This document shows, piece by piece, positions 24,870-37,599 of a stretch of DNA of 64,000 nt (position 1 is the first letter of the stretch; the number at the start of each line of letters is the position of its first letter). The position numbers and the translations under genes were made by a program. The stretch is from Welwitschia mirabilis (lineage: Eukaryota), in contig JBOZIK010000001.1 in assembly GCA_051453625.1 (NCBI GenBank), forward strand, positions 15,717,802-15,781,801. Direction: 5' to 3'. Under the pieces are notes generated by a model, which made no database searches, was not told where the DNA came from, and saw only the letters and a list, made by a program, of their open reading frames with translations.

Positions 24870-27800
24870 ATGAGTAATCCTTTAGATGGCTTTTCTACTA
24901 AACAATCACCCATATTTAATGGGATAAACTATGCCTACAGGAAGGCCCATATGAGAATATTTCTTAGATTCCTATATGTATACATAAAGGAGGTAATCTT
25001 AATGATTACATTGTGTCCACATTAGCCAAAACTGATGCCAATGAAAATATCATAATGGTAGCAAAAACTCGAGATCAATGGATCCCCATCGATAAATATA
25101 AAGCTCCCCTAAATGTCCTTGCTCTTAAAGCAATTTTTATATAGTATGTGGAGATAAGTTCAAAAGGATCATGAGCTATGAACATATAAAATTAGCTTGG
25201 GATATTCTTAAAAGAACTCATAAAGGAACATCTACTANNNNNNNNNNNNNNNNNNNNNNNNNNNNNNNNNNNNNNNNNNNNNNNNNNNNNNNNNNNNNNN
25301 NNNNNNNNNNNNNNNNNNNNNNNNNNNNNNNNNNNNNTTCTTAGATTCCTATATGTAGACATAAAGAAGGTAATCTACAATAATTACATTGTGTCCACAT
25401 TAGCCAAAACTGATGCCAATGGAAATATCATAATGGTAGAAAAAACTCGAGATCAATGGATCCCCATCAATAAATATAAAGCTCTCCTAAATGTCCCTGC
25501 TCTTAATGCAATTTTTATATAGTATGTGGAGATGAGTTCAAAAGGATCATGATCTATGAACATACAAAAGTAGCTTGGGATATTCTTAAAATAACTCATA
25601 AAGGAACATCTACTATTAAGTAGGTAAAACTCCAAATGCTCATTTCCAAATTTGAAGATATTCACATAGATGAAAAGGAAATACTTTAAGAGTTCTTTAC
25701 TAGATTGATAGACATTGTAAATTCTATAATAAGTCTAAGAAAAAGAATGGAAGAAGCAAAGATGATTTGAAAAGTGTTAAGATCTCTTCCAAAACATTTT
25801 AAGCTAAATATCATAGCCATTAAAGAAAGTAAAAACATTAATTAAATGGTGCTTGATGAAATATAAGTTTATCTTCAAACCTATGAGTTGAAATTTACTA
25901 AAGATAAAAAGAAAACTCTTGCTTTGAAAAGTATGCAGGAAGAATATAGATCTAAAAACCAGACAAAGACCTTAATGCAATGAATTTTCACTTCTAGTAA
26001 GGATATTTAAAAAGTTCTTACATAGAAGAAAGAAAGAAGGTAAATCAAGAAGAGAAGCAAAAAGAGGTCATTCTAAATTTAGAAAAGATTAAGAAAAAGA
26101 AAAGGAGATCCAATGCTATGCTTGCAAGGGATATGGACACATTGCAAATAAATGTCCAAACAACAAAAGAGATCAGAGGAAATTAAAGACATCATATTTC
26201 ATTACTACATAGGATAATGTAGATGAAGAAGATGATAGCAGTTCAAGCCAAAAGTTAGATAGAGATTGAATACTTTCATTCATGGTGATAGCTCCTTCCA
26301 TAAAGAACATGCCTTACTCATCTAAATCCGATGATTTAAATCTTCATAAAGAAGATCAAACTAAGCTTGAAGACACCTATTAAGAGATTTATTCATAGTG
26401 TGAAAAATTAAAAAAACATTTCAATGACCTGAATAAAATGGTAAAGGTTATAACCAAGGAAAAGGAGGAATTGAAGACAAAGTATAAAATGGCCCAAACT
26501 GAAAACTCCAAACTTACTTAAGAGTTAAAGATCTTGTCTCATTTTGTAAGTAAATTTTCAAGTAGTTTAAGTAAATTGGAACAAGTACTTGGGATACAAA
26601 AATTGGCTTATGATAAGACAAGTATTGGACCCATCCCTCAAGTTTCATAAAATCATCCAAATCAGGTAACATGGCAAAATAATTTTATTTCAAAAATTAC
26701 ATGTCATTTTTATTGTAAGTCAAATCATTCTAAGTTATTTTGTAATCCTAATAAGTTAATGATCTTTTTGAATTTTGTTAGTACTTTTTCTTTTAAATTT
26801 ATTCTAGGGGATGTATACCATAATAGTTTAAAATAACTAAGTGGATGAGAGCTAACAATTTGAAAATTCTTTTGATTCAAATAGATTTCAAGGTATCAAA
26901 TGGAACTAGCTAGTACTTGGATAGTAGATGCTCACGACACATGATAGGTGATGAGTCAATATTACAACATCTGGATGATTGATAGAAAAGAAGTTACATT
27001 TGATGATAATGAAAGAGTAAAGATCGAAGGCCTTGGAAGCATTGGTAGAGGTAACATGCCTAAGAAAAATGAAGTTTTATATGTTAATGTCCTTAAGCAT
27101 AATTTACTTAGTATTAGTCAAATTTGTGATAAAGGGCAGGAGGTTGTTTTTTATAGTAAAAAAGGCAAATTTAGACATGGAAAAATGAATGATNNNNNNN
27201 NNNNNNNNNNNNNNNNNNNNNNNNNAAAATAGAATATATAATTTTTATAATATTGATTAATCTTTATCTACATGTTATGTTTATCACATAAACCAAGAAG
27301 AACTATGACATCAATATTTAAGACATGTAAATTATGATAATCTAAAAATAATTATTAAAAAGAAATTGTAAAAGGTATTCTCAAGATTAACATTAAAAAA
27401 CATGGGCTCTATGATGCATTTTAAAAAGGGAAACAAGTTAGAAACCTCACAAAAGCAAAAATCTAGTTTTTACAATAATTGCTCTTAAGCTTATTTATAT
27501 GGACTTTTTGGTCTAATCCAAACAAAAAGTCTANNNNNNNNNNNNNNNNNNNNNNNNNNNNNNNNNNNNNNNNNNNNNNNNNNNNNNNNNNNNNNNNNNN
27601 NNNNNNNNNNNNNNNNNNNNNNNNNNNNNNNNNATGTGATAAAGGGCAGGAGGTTGTTTTTTATAGTAAAAAAGGCAAAGTTAGACATGGAAAAATGAAT
27701 GATGTACTTCTTAAGGAAAATAGAATATATAATGTTTATAATATTGATTAATCTTTATTTGCATGTTATGTTTATCACATAAACCAAGAAGAACTATGGC

Positions 27801-30800
27801 ATCAACATTTAAGACATGTAAATTATGATAATCTAAAAATAATTATTAAAAAGGAAATTGTGAAAGGTATTCCCAAGATTAACATTTAAAAACATGGGCT
27901 TTATGATGCATGTTAAAAAGGGAAACAAGTTAGAACCCTTACAAAAGCAAAAATCTAGTTTTCACAATAATTTCTCTTAAGCTTATTTATATGGACTTTG
28001 TGGTCTAATTCAAACAAAAGTCTAAGAGGAAAATGTTATTTTTTAACTATGGTTAATAACTACTCTAGATTTACTTAGGTTGCTTTTCTTGGAAATCAAG
28101 CTAAAACATATAAACGTTGGGTTAAAATTTGCAACAAATTCCAAAATAAGAAAGGTTACACCATCAAAAAAATTAGAATTGATCATGGAGGAGAATTTGA
28201 AAACCATTTTTTTGAAAAGTATTCTATATACAATGGTATAGAACATTAATTCTCAGCCCCAAAAACATTTCAACAAAATGGAATTACTAAGAGTAAAAAC
28301 CTAGTCCTCCAAGAAATGACTAGAATAATGTTAAATGATAAGGAGGTTCTTAAAAATTTTTCATCTAAATTTGTAAGCACCAATTACTATATTATAAACA
28401 GAGTCTCCTTAAACTCCCTATGAGCTTTTAAAAGGAATAAAACCAAACGCTTCATATTCTACAGTCTTTAGGATTAAGTGTTTTATTTTAAAATAAAGAG
28501 AACACTTAAGTAAATTTAAATCAAAGATTGATGAAGAAATATTTTTGGGATATCTAACTAGAAGTAGAGCCTATTAAGTATTTAACAAAAGAAGTTTAAT
28601 AGTGGAAGAGTTTATAAATGTTTAAATAAATGATTTTAGTATAAGATCTCTTTTCTTGAATGGTGAAGAAAAATCAACTCCAAGAATTCCCATAATAAAA
28701 GAAGTTTCAATAGAAAAGGAAGAAAAGCCAACTAAATAAGTCACTTTTAAAAAGTTTAAAGATCTAAAAGATCACCCGTTAGGGTCCATTATTAAAGATG
28801 TTATCTTAAAGATTCAAATAAAAAATTATCTAAAAAAATTTTGTGCTCACATTTGTTCTCTCTTAAATTGGACTTAAAAAGTTTAAAGAAGTAGAATCTC
28901 ATGAAGAGTGGATTATGGTCATGCAATATGAGCTTTAACAATTCAAAAGAAATGATGTGCAAAAACATGTTGAAAGACCAAGAGACCAAAATGTTATTAG
29001 AATAAAATGGATTTTTAAAAACAAGTGTGATGAGAAAAATAATTTAATTAAGAACAAAGAAAGGTTAGTGGTACAAGGCTATAACCAAATTAAAGGTATT
29101 GATGTAGATGACACTTTTGCTCCTATAGCTAGACTAGATAGTGTTAAAATTTTTTAATCTTATGCATCCTTTAAAAACATTAAAGTTTATCAAATGGATG
29201 TGAAAAGTTCCTTTTTGAATGNNNNNNNNNNNNNNNNNNNNNNNNNNNNNNNNNNNNNNNNNNNNNNNNNNNNNNNNNNNNNNNNNNNNNNNNNNNNNNN
29301 NNNNNNNNNNNNNNNNNNNNNTGATTTTAGCATAAGATCTCTTTTCTCGAATGGTGAAGAAAACTCAACTTCAAGAATTCCCATAATAAAAGAAGTTTCA
29401 ACAGAAAAGAAAGAAAGCCAACTAACTAAGTCACTTTTAAAAAGTTTAAAGATCTAAAATATCACCCTTTAGGGTCCATTATTAAAGATGTTATCTTAAA
29501 GATTCAAATAAGAAATTCTCTAAAAAACTTTTGTGCTCACATTTGTTATCTCTTAAATTGGACTTAAAAAGTTTAAAGAGGTAGAATCTCATGAAGAGTG
29601 AATTATGGTCATGTAAGATGAGCTTTAACAATTCAAAGAAATGATGTGCAGAAACATGTTGAAAGACTAAGAGACCAAAATGTTATTAGAATAAAATGGA
29701 TTTTCAAAAACAAGTGTGATGAGCAAAATAATGTAATTAAGAAGAAAGAAAGTTTAGTGGTACAAGGCTATAACCAAATTAAAGGTATTGATGTAGATGA
29801 CACTTGCTCCTATAGCTAGACTAGATAGTGTTAAAATTTTTTAATCTTATGCGTCCTTTAAAAACATTAAAGTTTATCAAATGGATGTGAAAAGTTCCTT
29901 TTTGAATGGAACTATTAATGAAGAAGTTTATGTGGAAAAATCTCAAGGTTTTATAGATTCATACAAATCAAACCATGTGTATAGACTTAAAAAGACCTTG
30001 TATAAGTTAAAATAAGCTTTAAGAGATTAATATGAAGAACTAGCTACATTTTTCAATGAAAATGGTTATATTCGTGGAACTATGAATAAAACATTATTTG
30101 TAAAAAATCTGAAAAAGGACTTTATTATTATTCAAATTTATGTAGACTATAATTTTTGAAGCCTCAAATAAAGTTTTATCAAAAGAATTTATTACCATTA
30201 TGACAATTCATTTTGAGATGAGTATGCTTAGTGAAGTTAGAATGTCTCTTGTCCTTTAAATCAAACAAATAAGACATGGAATTTTTATATCTCAATCTAA
30301 ATATGCAAAGCATTTGATCAAATGATTTAGGTTGGGGAATGTAAAATCAACTGACACATCTATATTAAATTTTTATAAGGTTAGTCTTGATGAACATGAA
30401 AAATCTATAGATCAAAAAGTTTATATAAGTATGATAGTAAGTCTATTATATCTAACTGCAAGTGGACTTGATATTTAATATTATCAAGTGTGCTAGATAT
30501 TAGACCTAACTAGAAGAATCACACCTTCAAGCTATTAAAATAATAATAAGATACATAAAAGGCACAAATGACTATGGATTATGGTATACTTTAGAAACAT
30601 CTTTTGAGCTTGTAGGCTTGAGTGATGCAGATTAGACTAGGTGTAAAGATGATAGGAAAAGCACAAGTTGCTTTCTTTTAGGATCCTTCTTAATAGGATG
30701 GGAAAGTGAAAAGAAAAATTTATCTCCCTTTCAATAGTAGAAGTAGAATATACAGTAGCAAGGAGTTATTGTACCCATCACCTTTGGATGAAGGAAATGC

Positions 30801-31080
30801 TAAAAGACTTTGGAATAGATTTTGAATAGGTTCCAATCTTTTGTGATAACACAAGTGCAATCAATATATCTAAGAACCCAGTTCAACATTCTAGAACTAA
30901 ATGCATTAAATTAAGACATTATTTCCTTACAGATCAAGTGGAAAAAGGCAATAATTCAATGAATTTTATTAGCACTGATTGATAACTTACTAATATTTTT
31001 ACTAAATCCATGAAATTTAACAACTTTCTAAGACTTCATAATGAACTGGGGTTGTTTCTTGATCCTTTGGTTGATAGTAA
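24870..31080 (+). pseudogene. copia gag-pol polyprotein pseudogene (family A)
   Basis: MSNPLDGFSTKQSPIFNGINYAYRKAHMRIFL; zinc knuckle CYACKGYGHIANKC (~26114-26157); protease *YLDSRCSRHMIGD (~26911); LKHNLLSISQICDKG; integrase DHGGEFEN..FSAPKTFQQNG (~28181-28282); RT KWIFKNK..KERLVVQGYNQIKGID..YQMDVKSSFLNG; RNase H FCDNTSAINISKNPVQHSRTK (~30839-30901). Many stops. Confidence 0.93.
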
Positions 31081-31353
31081 GGCACATTCAGTTGACTGGT
31101 CTAAAAACACAATTGTCAGATCTAGAAGTATTATGACCTGAGTCTCGATGGATTGACTAGACCATAACTCAGTCGACTGGGCCTATAAGATTACAGTGTG
31201 GAAGTTAAGATGGTAAACCTAATATTTTTTTTAAATTTGAATTGATAGGCCTTCTTTATAAAATCTTGTGGAGCTTTAACCCCACCTATCTTCTTTAGAT
31301 CTAGCTATCTCTTTCAAGTTTACTTATCTTTAAGAAGTTGACATATGTTTTTA

Positions 31354-32408
31354 ATGGCAGAGGATCCCTCAAGGAAACACTAGAAGAAGCCAGTAAGAAA
31401 ATATCTAGGGTATTTTTACTTTAGAATATCTCATGAGCCCTTGACAGGTTCTTAAAGAAGTTTGAGAAGAAACCTGTTTACCAAGAAAGGCCTATTACTT
31501 TTTGAAAGCTAAGAGAACTCCAAAATCTAGCAAGGATTTGGAATGATCTTGATCTTTTCTACTTTTTTGATGTCTCAGAGCCATCTTACCCTTTCTTTAC
31601 TAGGATGTTTTATTGAAATACCTCTTTTAATGCTGATTCTTCTACCTTAACAATCCTTGTTTTGGGGAAGAGACTTAGGATTACTAAGATCTCATACTTT
31701 CATTACAAATCTCTCTTAAGGAGATTATGAGGAGTTTTGGCCCTTTTGTGACTCCATAAAGGATAAAAAAGAGATTACCAGGGAGCTATATGATAAGTTT
31801 TTCAGTGGAAAACTACCCTCTCCACCTCCTATCTTACCCATAATTATAAGTTTTTACATTTAATCTTTACTTATAATTTCTTACCTTTGGTAGGTCATCG
31901 TGATGAGACCTCCAACTATAGATATTTTTTATTATATTTGGTAGGAATTGGGCATTCTATTAATGCTCTTTCCATTATGTTAAAAAATATAGTCTCTTAG
32001 TTAGAGTATCACAAGACTAGAGCTCTTCCTTATTCTATTTTGATTACCAATATTTTTCACCATTTCAGAGTCTAGTTGTATCCAAAGTTAGAAATCCTAA
32101 CCCCTATATTAGCCATTAGGTGTGAAATCTTGTCTTTCATGCATATTTTGTTAGATCTAAGAAATCTTTCAAGTCTCCTTCTCCAAAGTAAGTCTCCCCT
32201 GAAGAGACTCTTTCATACTTGAATAGGATAGATTCTCATACTAGGCATATGAAAAATCTCTGCTCATAGTAGGAAATGAGATAGCTGATACTTTTGAGGA
32301 AGCTCGTATCTTAGCATAAAATGTAGCCAAACAAAAAAAGAGGAAGAAGAATACCTAGACTCTAAAGAAGAATTTGAGGAGAAAGAAGAAGAGGAAGAGT
32401 CATATTAA
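31354..32408 (+). pseudogene. Sirevirus env-like extra ORF (disrupted), copy 1
   Basis: Lies between RNase H and the PPT. Fragments: FEKKPVYQERPI, EPSYPFFTRMFY, NFLPLVGHRDETSNYRYFLLY, ALPYSILITNIFHHF, and an acidic C-terminal tail. These fit the YP.L...FY and LPY..L.T.IF..F motifs of plant retroelement extra ORFs. Confidence 0.75.
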
Positions 32409-33398
32409 TTTTGTATTATTTTTTAGTTATTTCTATTATGTTTCTTTTTTTAATTCTTTGTCATTCATACTAAAAAGTGAAGAAATAATATTTGTATTAT
32501 TAGTTGTTATTATTTGTACTTAGTAATACTTATCATGTTTTTCTTAATTGTACTTGCTCTCTTATAAGTATCTTTTTTTTGAAATACTTGAAATTAATTA
32601 ATCAAAATGCATTTGGTATCATTTTTCTCTAACTATTAATACATATTACATTTATCATAAACCATTATTTTGTTACATCAATTAATGAACATTACATGTC
32701 TTATGAACTATTCTTTAAATTGCTTATATATATAACACTTTTTGGTAAACCCTTATAAATGCTTAATTTTAATAAACATGCTTAATAATCTTTTACAAAA
32801 CTAATGGGAATTTTCTAAGAGGGGATTATCTAATTAGTATTTTTAATTAAGTATAGTTTTCTATTAATGTCAAAGGGGAAGATTATTAAGTTATAATTTA
32901 TCAAATTGATATCAAAATAACATATTTTTAGTATAGAAAAATGTGTTGTATTTCTTATATAAAATGGCAATACTTACAGGTCAGAAGCAGTAAACATTTA
33001 TCATTATCCTTGCTTCATCCTAATAAGTTACAATCACTTAAATGGATTGACTAAATTCCTAAGGAATCTACCAAACCTATACTAATAAGTATCAAAACTA
33101 GATTACTGAGGGGTCAACTAGATTCTTAAGAAGTCAATCAAACATGTGTAATAATTTTTCACATCTAATCATCAATGAATTAATTAGAATCTTGAGGGGT
33201 CAACTAGACCTAAAGCAAAAATGTTTTCATATTTTATTATCAAGGGGTTGATTACTAAATATAGGTTAAACATGTTATTTTATGCTTTTCTTCATATGNN
33301 NNNNNNNNNNNNNNNNNNNNNNNNNNNNNNNNNNNNNNNNNNNNNNNNNNNNNNNNNNNNNNNNNNNNNNNNNNNNNNNNNNNNNNNNNNNNNNNNNN

Positions 33399-34405
33399 AT
33401 ATCTAGGGTATTTTTACTTTAGAATATCTCATGAGCCCTTGACAGGTTCTTAAAGAAGTTTGAGAAGAAACTTGTTTACCAAGAAAGGCCTATTACTTCT
33501 AAAGAGCTAAGAGAACTTCAAAATCTAGTAAGCATTTGGAATGATCTTGATCTTTTCTACTTTCTTGATGTATCAGAGCCATCTTACCCTTTCTTTACTA
33601 GGATGTTTTATTGAAATACCTCTTTTGATGTTGATTCTTCTATCTTAATAATCCTTGTTTTGGCGAAGAGAATTAGGATTACTAAGATCTCATACTTCCA
33701 TTACAAATATCTCTTAAGGAGATTATGAGGAGTTCTAGCCCCTTCGTGACTCCATGAAGGACAAAACAGAGATTACCAGGGAGCTCTGTGGTAAGTTTTT
33801 TTTGTGGAAAATTACCCTCTCCACCTCCTATCTTACCCATAATTATAAGTTTTTACATTTAATTTTTACTTATAATTTCTTACCTTTGGCAGGTCATTGT
33901 GATGAGACCTTCAACTATAGATATTTTTTATTATATTTATTAGGAATTGGGCATTCTATTGATGCTCTTGCCATTATGTTGAAAAATATAGTCTCTTAGT
34001 TAGAATATTACAAGACTAGGGATCTTCCTTATTCTATTTTGATTAGCAATATTTTTCACCATTTCAAAGTCTAGTTGTATCCAAAGTTAGAAACCCTAAC
34101 CCCTATATTAACCATTAGGTATGAAACCTTATCTTGCATGCATATTTTGTTAGATCTAAGGAATATTTCAAGTCTCCTTCTCTAAAGTAAGCCTCCCCTG
34201 AAGAGACTCTTTCATACTTGAATAGGATAGATTCTCATACTAGGCATATGAAAGAATCTCTGCTCATAGTAGGGTATGAGATAGCTAATACTTTTGAGGA
34301 AGCTCATATCTTAGAATAAAAGGTAGCCAAAAAAACAAAGAGGAAGAAGAATACCTAGACTCTGAATAAGAATTTGAGAAGGAGGAAGAAGAAGAATCTG
34401 ATTAA
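33399..34405 (+). pseudogene. env-like ORF, near-identical second copy after a 100-N gap
   Basis: Colinear and near-identical with 31400-32390; includes track ORF 33754-33999. Confidence 0.75.
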
Positions 34406-34884
34406 GATCTTATCTTCTTTGTTGTTTTCATGTTGTGCTTATTTATCTTTATTTTTCTCTCCTTTGGCATTAATGTCAAAAGGGAAAGAAATAGTTAGTT
34501 GTATTTTCAGCTTTTATCATATGATATCAAACATTATTAGTTATTTTCAGTAGTACTTCTTAGTTTTTATTAAGTTGTAATTGCTTTTGATTAGCACTTG
34601 TTATTGTACTGCTTAATATTAAGTAATAGAAGTGCATTTGGTATTGTGTTTGTCTTATTTATTTAATGCACATTTAATTTATCATGAATGATAACTTTTA
34701 TCACACTTATTAATGAATATTACATGTCTCATGAATTATACTTTAAATTTTTTATATTTATTACTCTTATTAAAAACCCTTTATAAATTTTTTACATGCT
34801 TAATCCTCTTTTACAGATCTAATGGGCATTACCTGAGGGGGATCTTTGTCAATTAATATTTTTAACTAAGTATAGTTTGTCATT

Positions 34885-34902
34885 AATGTCAAAGGGAGAG
34901 AT
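34885..34902 (+). promoter_or_regulatory. Polypurine tract (with upstream extra PPT-like copies near 34472 and 34833)
   Basis: aatgtcaaagggagagat immediately before TGTTGAG. Parallel PPT/LTR starts at ~32866-32890 and ~35319-35345. Multiple PPTs are a known Sirevirus trait. Confidence 0.85.
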
Positions 34903-36764
34903 TGTTGAGTTATAATTTTCCAAGTTGATGTTAAACTAATATTTTCTATGTAGCAAAACATATTGTAGCTTTTACAAAAAATATTAATCCTTATAGCTCA
35001 ATAACTAAAATCTTTTATCACAAACCTTATATGAACTTGACAAGTTTCATATCCTCAAAGAAGTCAATCAAGTCCCTAAAGGGTTNNNNNNNNNNNNNNN
35101 NNNNNNNNNNNNNNNNNNNNNNNNNNNNNNNNNNNNNNNNNNNNNNNNNNNNNNNNNNNNNNNNNNNNNNNNNNNNNNNNNNNNNTTATATTTATTGCTC
35201 TTATTAAAAACCCTTTATAAATTTTTTACATGCTTAATCCTTTTTTACAGATCTAACGGGCATTACCTGAGGGGGATCTTTGTCAATTAATATTTTTAAC
35301 TAAGTACAGTTTGCCATTAATGTTAAAGGGAGAGATTGTTGATGTTAAACTAATATTTTCTATGTAGAAAAACATATTGTATCTTTTACAGAAAATATTA
35401 ATCCTTATAGGACAATAACTAAAATCTTTTATTACAAACCTTATATAAACTTGACAAGTTTCATATCCTCAAAGAGGTCAACCAAGTCCCTAAAGAGTTA
35501 ACCAAACCTAAATCATAAAGTATTAAAAATAGATTATAGAGAAGTCGATTGGNNNNNNNNNNNNNNNNNNNNNNNNNNNNNNNNNNNNNNNNNNNNNNNN
35601 NNNNNNNNNNNNNNNNNNNNNNNNNNNNNNNNNNNNNNNNNNNNNNNNNNNNAAAGAAGTCAATCAAGTCCCTAAAGGGTTAACCAAACCTAAATCATAA
35701 AGTATCAAAAATAGATTATAGAGAAGTCGATTAGATTCTAGAGGAGTCAATTAGACTTGAGAATTAAATTTATCACATTTAAATAATAAGGAGTTAATTG
35801 GATTACAGAGGGATTGACTAGACATGGAGTAAAATGTTTTCATTCTTTGTCATCAAGGGGTTGATTAGATTTTTTTGGGGTTGAGTGGACCTAGGCCATA
35901 AATACTATTTTGCAATTTTCTAGATATGACATCGACTGGATCCTTAAGGGGTTAATCAAACATGGAGCTGTAAGAAAACTAGATCAACCAGAAGAAGATG
36001 AGGGCAACCAACTTCAATGACAGTACTAGAAGGAGTCAATTGGACATTTTGAGTAGTTGACTAACTGTGATGGAAATGGGATTTTTCTAGTCATTTAGAC
36101 ATCCATTTTTATTTGTTTAAGAATATTTTCACTTGTAAAGCCCTAAAATGCTTCTCTTATATATTTGCTAACATTCAAAATTATTAAACCAGCTTTTGTA
36201 TCACAGTTGAATATCTTTTGACGAGCTTTTACACTACTCGTTGGTACATCTCATATCTAATCAAAGAAGAATAGATATCTTTTGTTATCATTTGTAATTG
36301 ATCAATTAGTTGCACTATACATTCGAGGATTGTAAAATCATCTTAAATAGTATAGCAATATTATTGTAGAACTTCATATATAGTGGAATCTATGCATTAT
36401 GACATGTTATTGTCATCACATAGCATTCTCTCTAAAGGTTGAAACTGAGCCTCTGAAAAGTCTGATTACAAAGGTTACAGATGAACCTAGAATACTTGGA
36501 AAGTGATTAACGAAGATCAAAATCAGAATTGGATAAAATTTGATCATCAAGATTGGAGTAAGATATTTCTTAAATCACTATAAATCCTGTGTCAATCTAC
36601 ATTTATAATTTTGTGTTCTTAGCTATTTAGTTTCAAATTATTTTTTATTCTCATTTGCATAAAAATTTTAGTTTTTAATACTTGTGAAGATAGCTTGTAA
36701 ATTTATTTATTTAATTTTTAATCCTATTCCTCTCCTCCCTTCCTCTAGGATTCTAGACCCTTCA
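34903..36764 (+). repeat. 3' LTR of family A element (start duplicated across gaps)
   Basis: TGTTGAGTTATAAT...TTCTAGACCCTTCA; homologous to 23541-24803. Confidence 0.88.
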
Positions 36765-37086
36765 AGGTTTACTTTTAGTATAGATGTCTTAAAACCTCTA
36801 GATGTCTTTTGTTATGATTTAAGATTATCATCAGTGTAGATGTCTTCAAATATATATCATAGATATATTTTACATTGTAGATGTCTATGGTTAATCTTAT
36901 CCATTCTTGATAAATCTCTTGAGAATATCTTATGTTATGCCTTAGAAACTAATTTTTGCTAACTATGATCTTTGCTTGCATTTGAATTATTTTACCAATT
37001 TGAGAGATATTTTTAGTACCATATCTACACACTAAAAAAATTATATTTGATAACTAGAATTATTAAAACTTGGATTTTTTTCAATA
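36765..37086 (-). mobile_element. Family B LTR, 5' portion, abutting a PPT
   Basis: Homologous to 47345-47568. The minus strand starts TATTGA (decayed TGTTGA) directly after PPT AAAATGGGGAGAT (37099-37087). Confidence 0.85.
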
Positions 37087-37599
37087 ATCTCCCCATTTTG
37101 ATGATGTCTAAAACTTCACAGATCCTATTAGTATAAGCTCTAATAGTTATAATTAAGATAAAATAAATTAGAAATAAAGTAAGACCATAATACTACTTAA
37201 TATAAAAAATTTAGACCATCTAACTAGAGCATGAATTTTATCAAATAAAAAAATTATATAATTAAAAACATCACATGTAGTTACCAATATGTGATAACTA
37301 GAGTTAGTGCCAAAAGGTATATCATAATCATGATTAATATATAAACTAATAAAGATAATATAATAAGTTTTAAAAAACTAACAGTGATAAAATATAAGAG
37401 AACATCATGTGCCTACAAACTCAAAAGTAAGCATTAAAAATGATGTTACTTATGAGAGAATTCAATCAATATCTAAAATCCACTACCTCTAAGACTTATA
37501 CAAATTCCCTAATGAATTTGTCATGTTCTCACCCTTTTTAAATAGCATAAAAGTTCCTAACTACTAAGTGTAGAGTTACTAGTGTAATGATATTCACCC

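Larger units (their letters stand above)
23541..36764 (+). mobile_element. Full-structure Sirevirus (SIRE/Maximus Ty1/copia) element, family A, decayed
   Basis: 5' LTR 23541-24803 (TATTGAG...CCTTCA), PBS, gag-PR-INT-RT-RH in copia order, env-like ORF, multiple PPTs, and 3' LTR 34903-36764 (TGTTGAG...CCTTCA). Length is inflated by gap-flanking duplications. Confidence 0.92.

Noticed and set aside
24960..29910. Real internal tandem duplications of gag, integrase and RT segments
   Set aside because: Each duplicate pair straddles an exact 100-N gap, which points to an assembly artefact.
23536..36769. Canonical 5-bp TSD for the family A element
   Set aside because: The flanks ATTAG and AGGTT do not match; see the chimeric-LTR finding.
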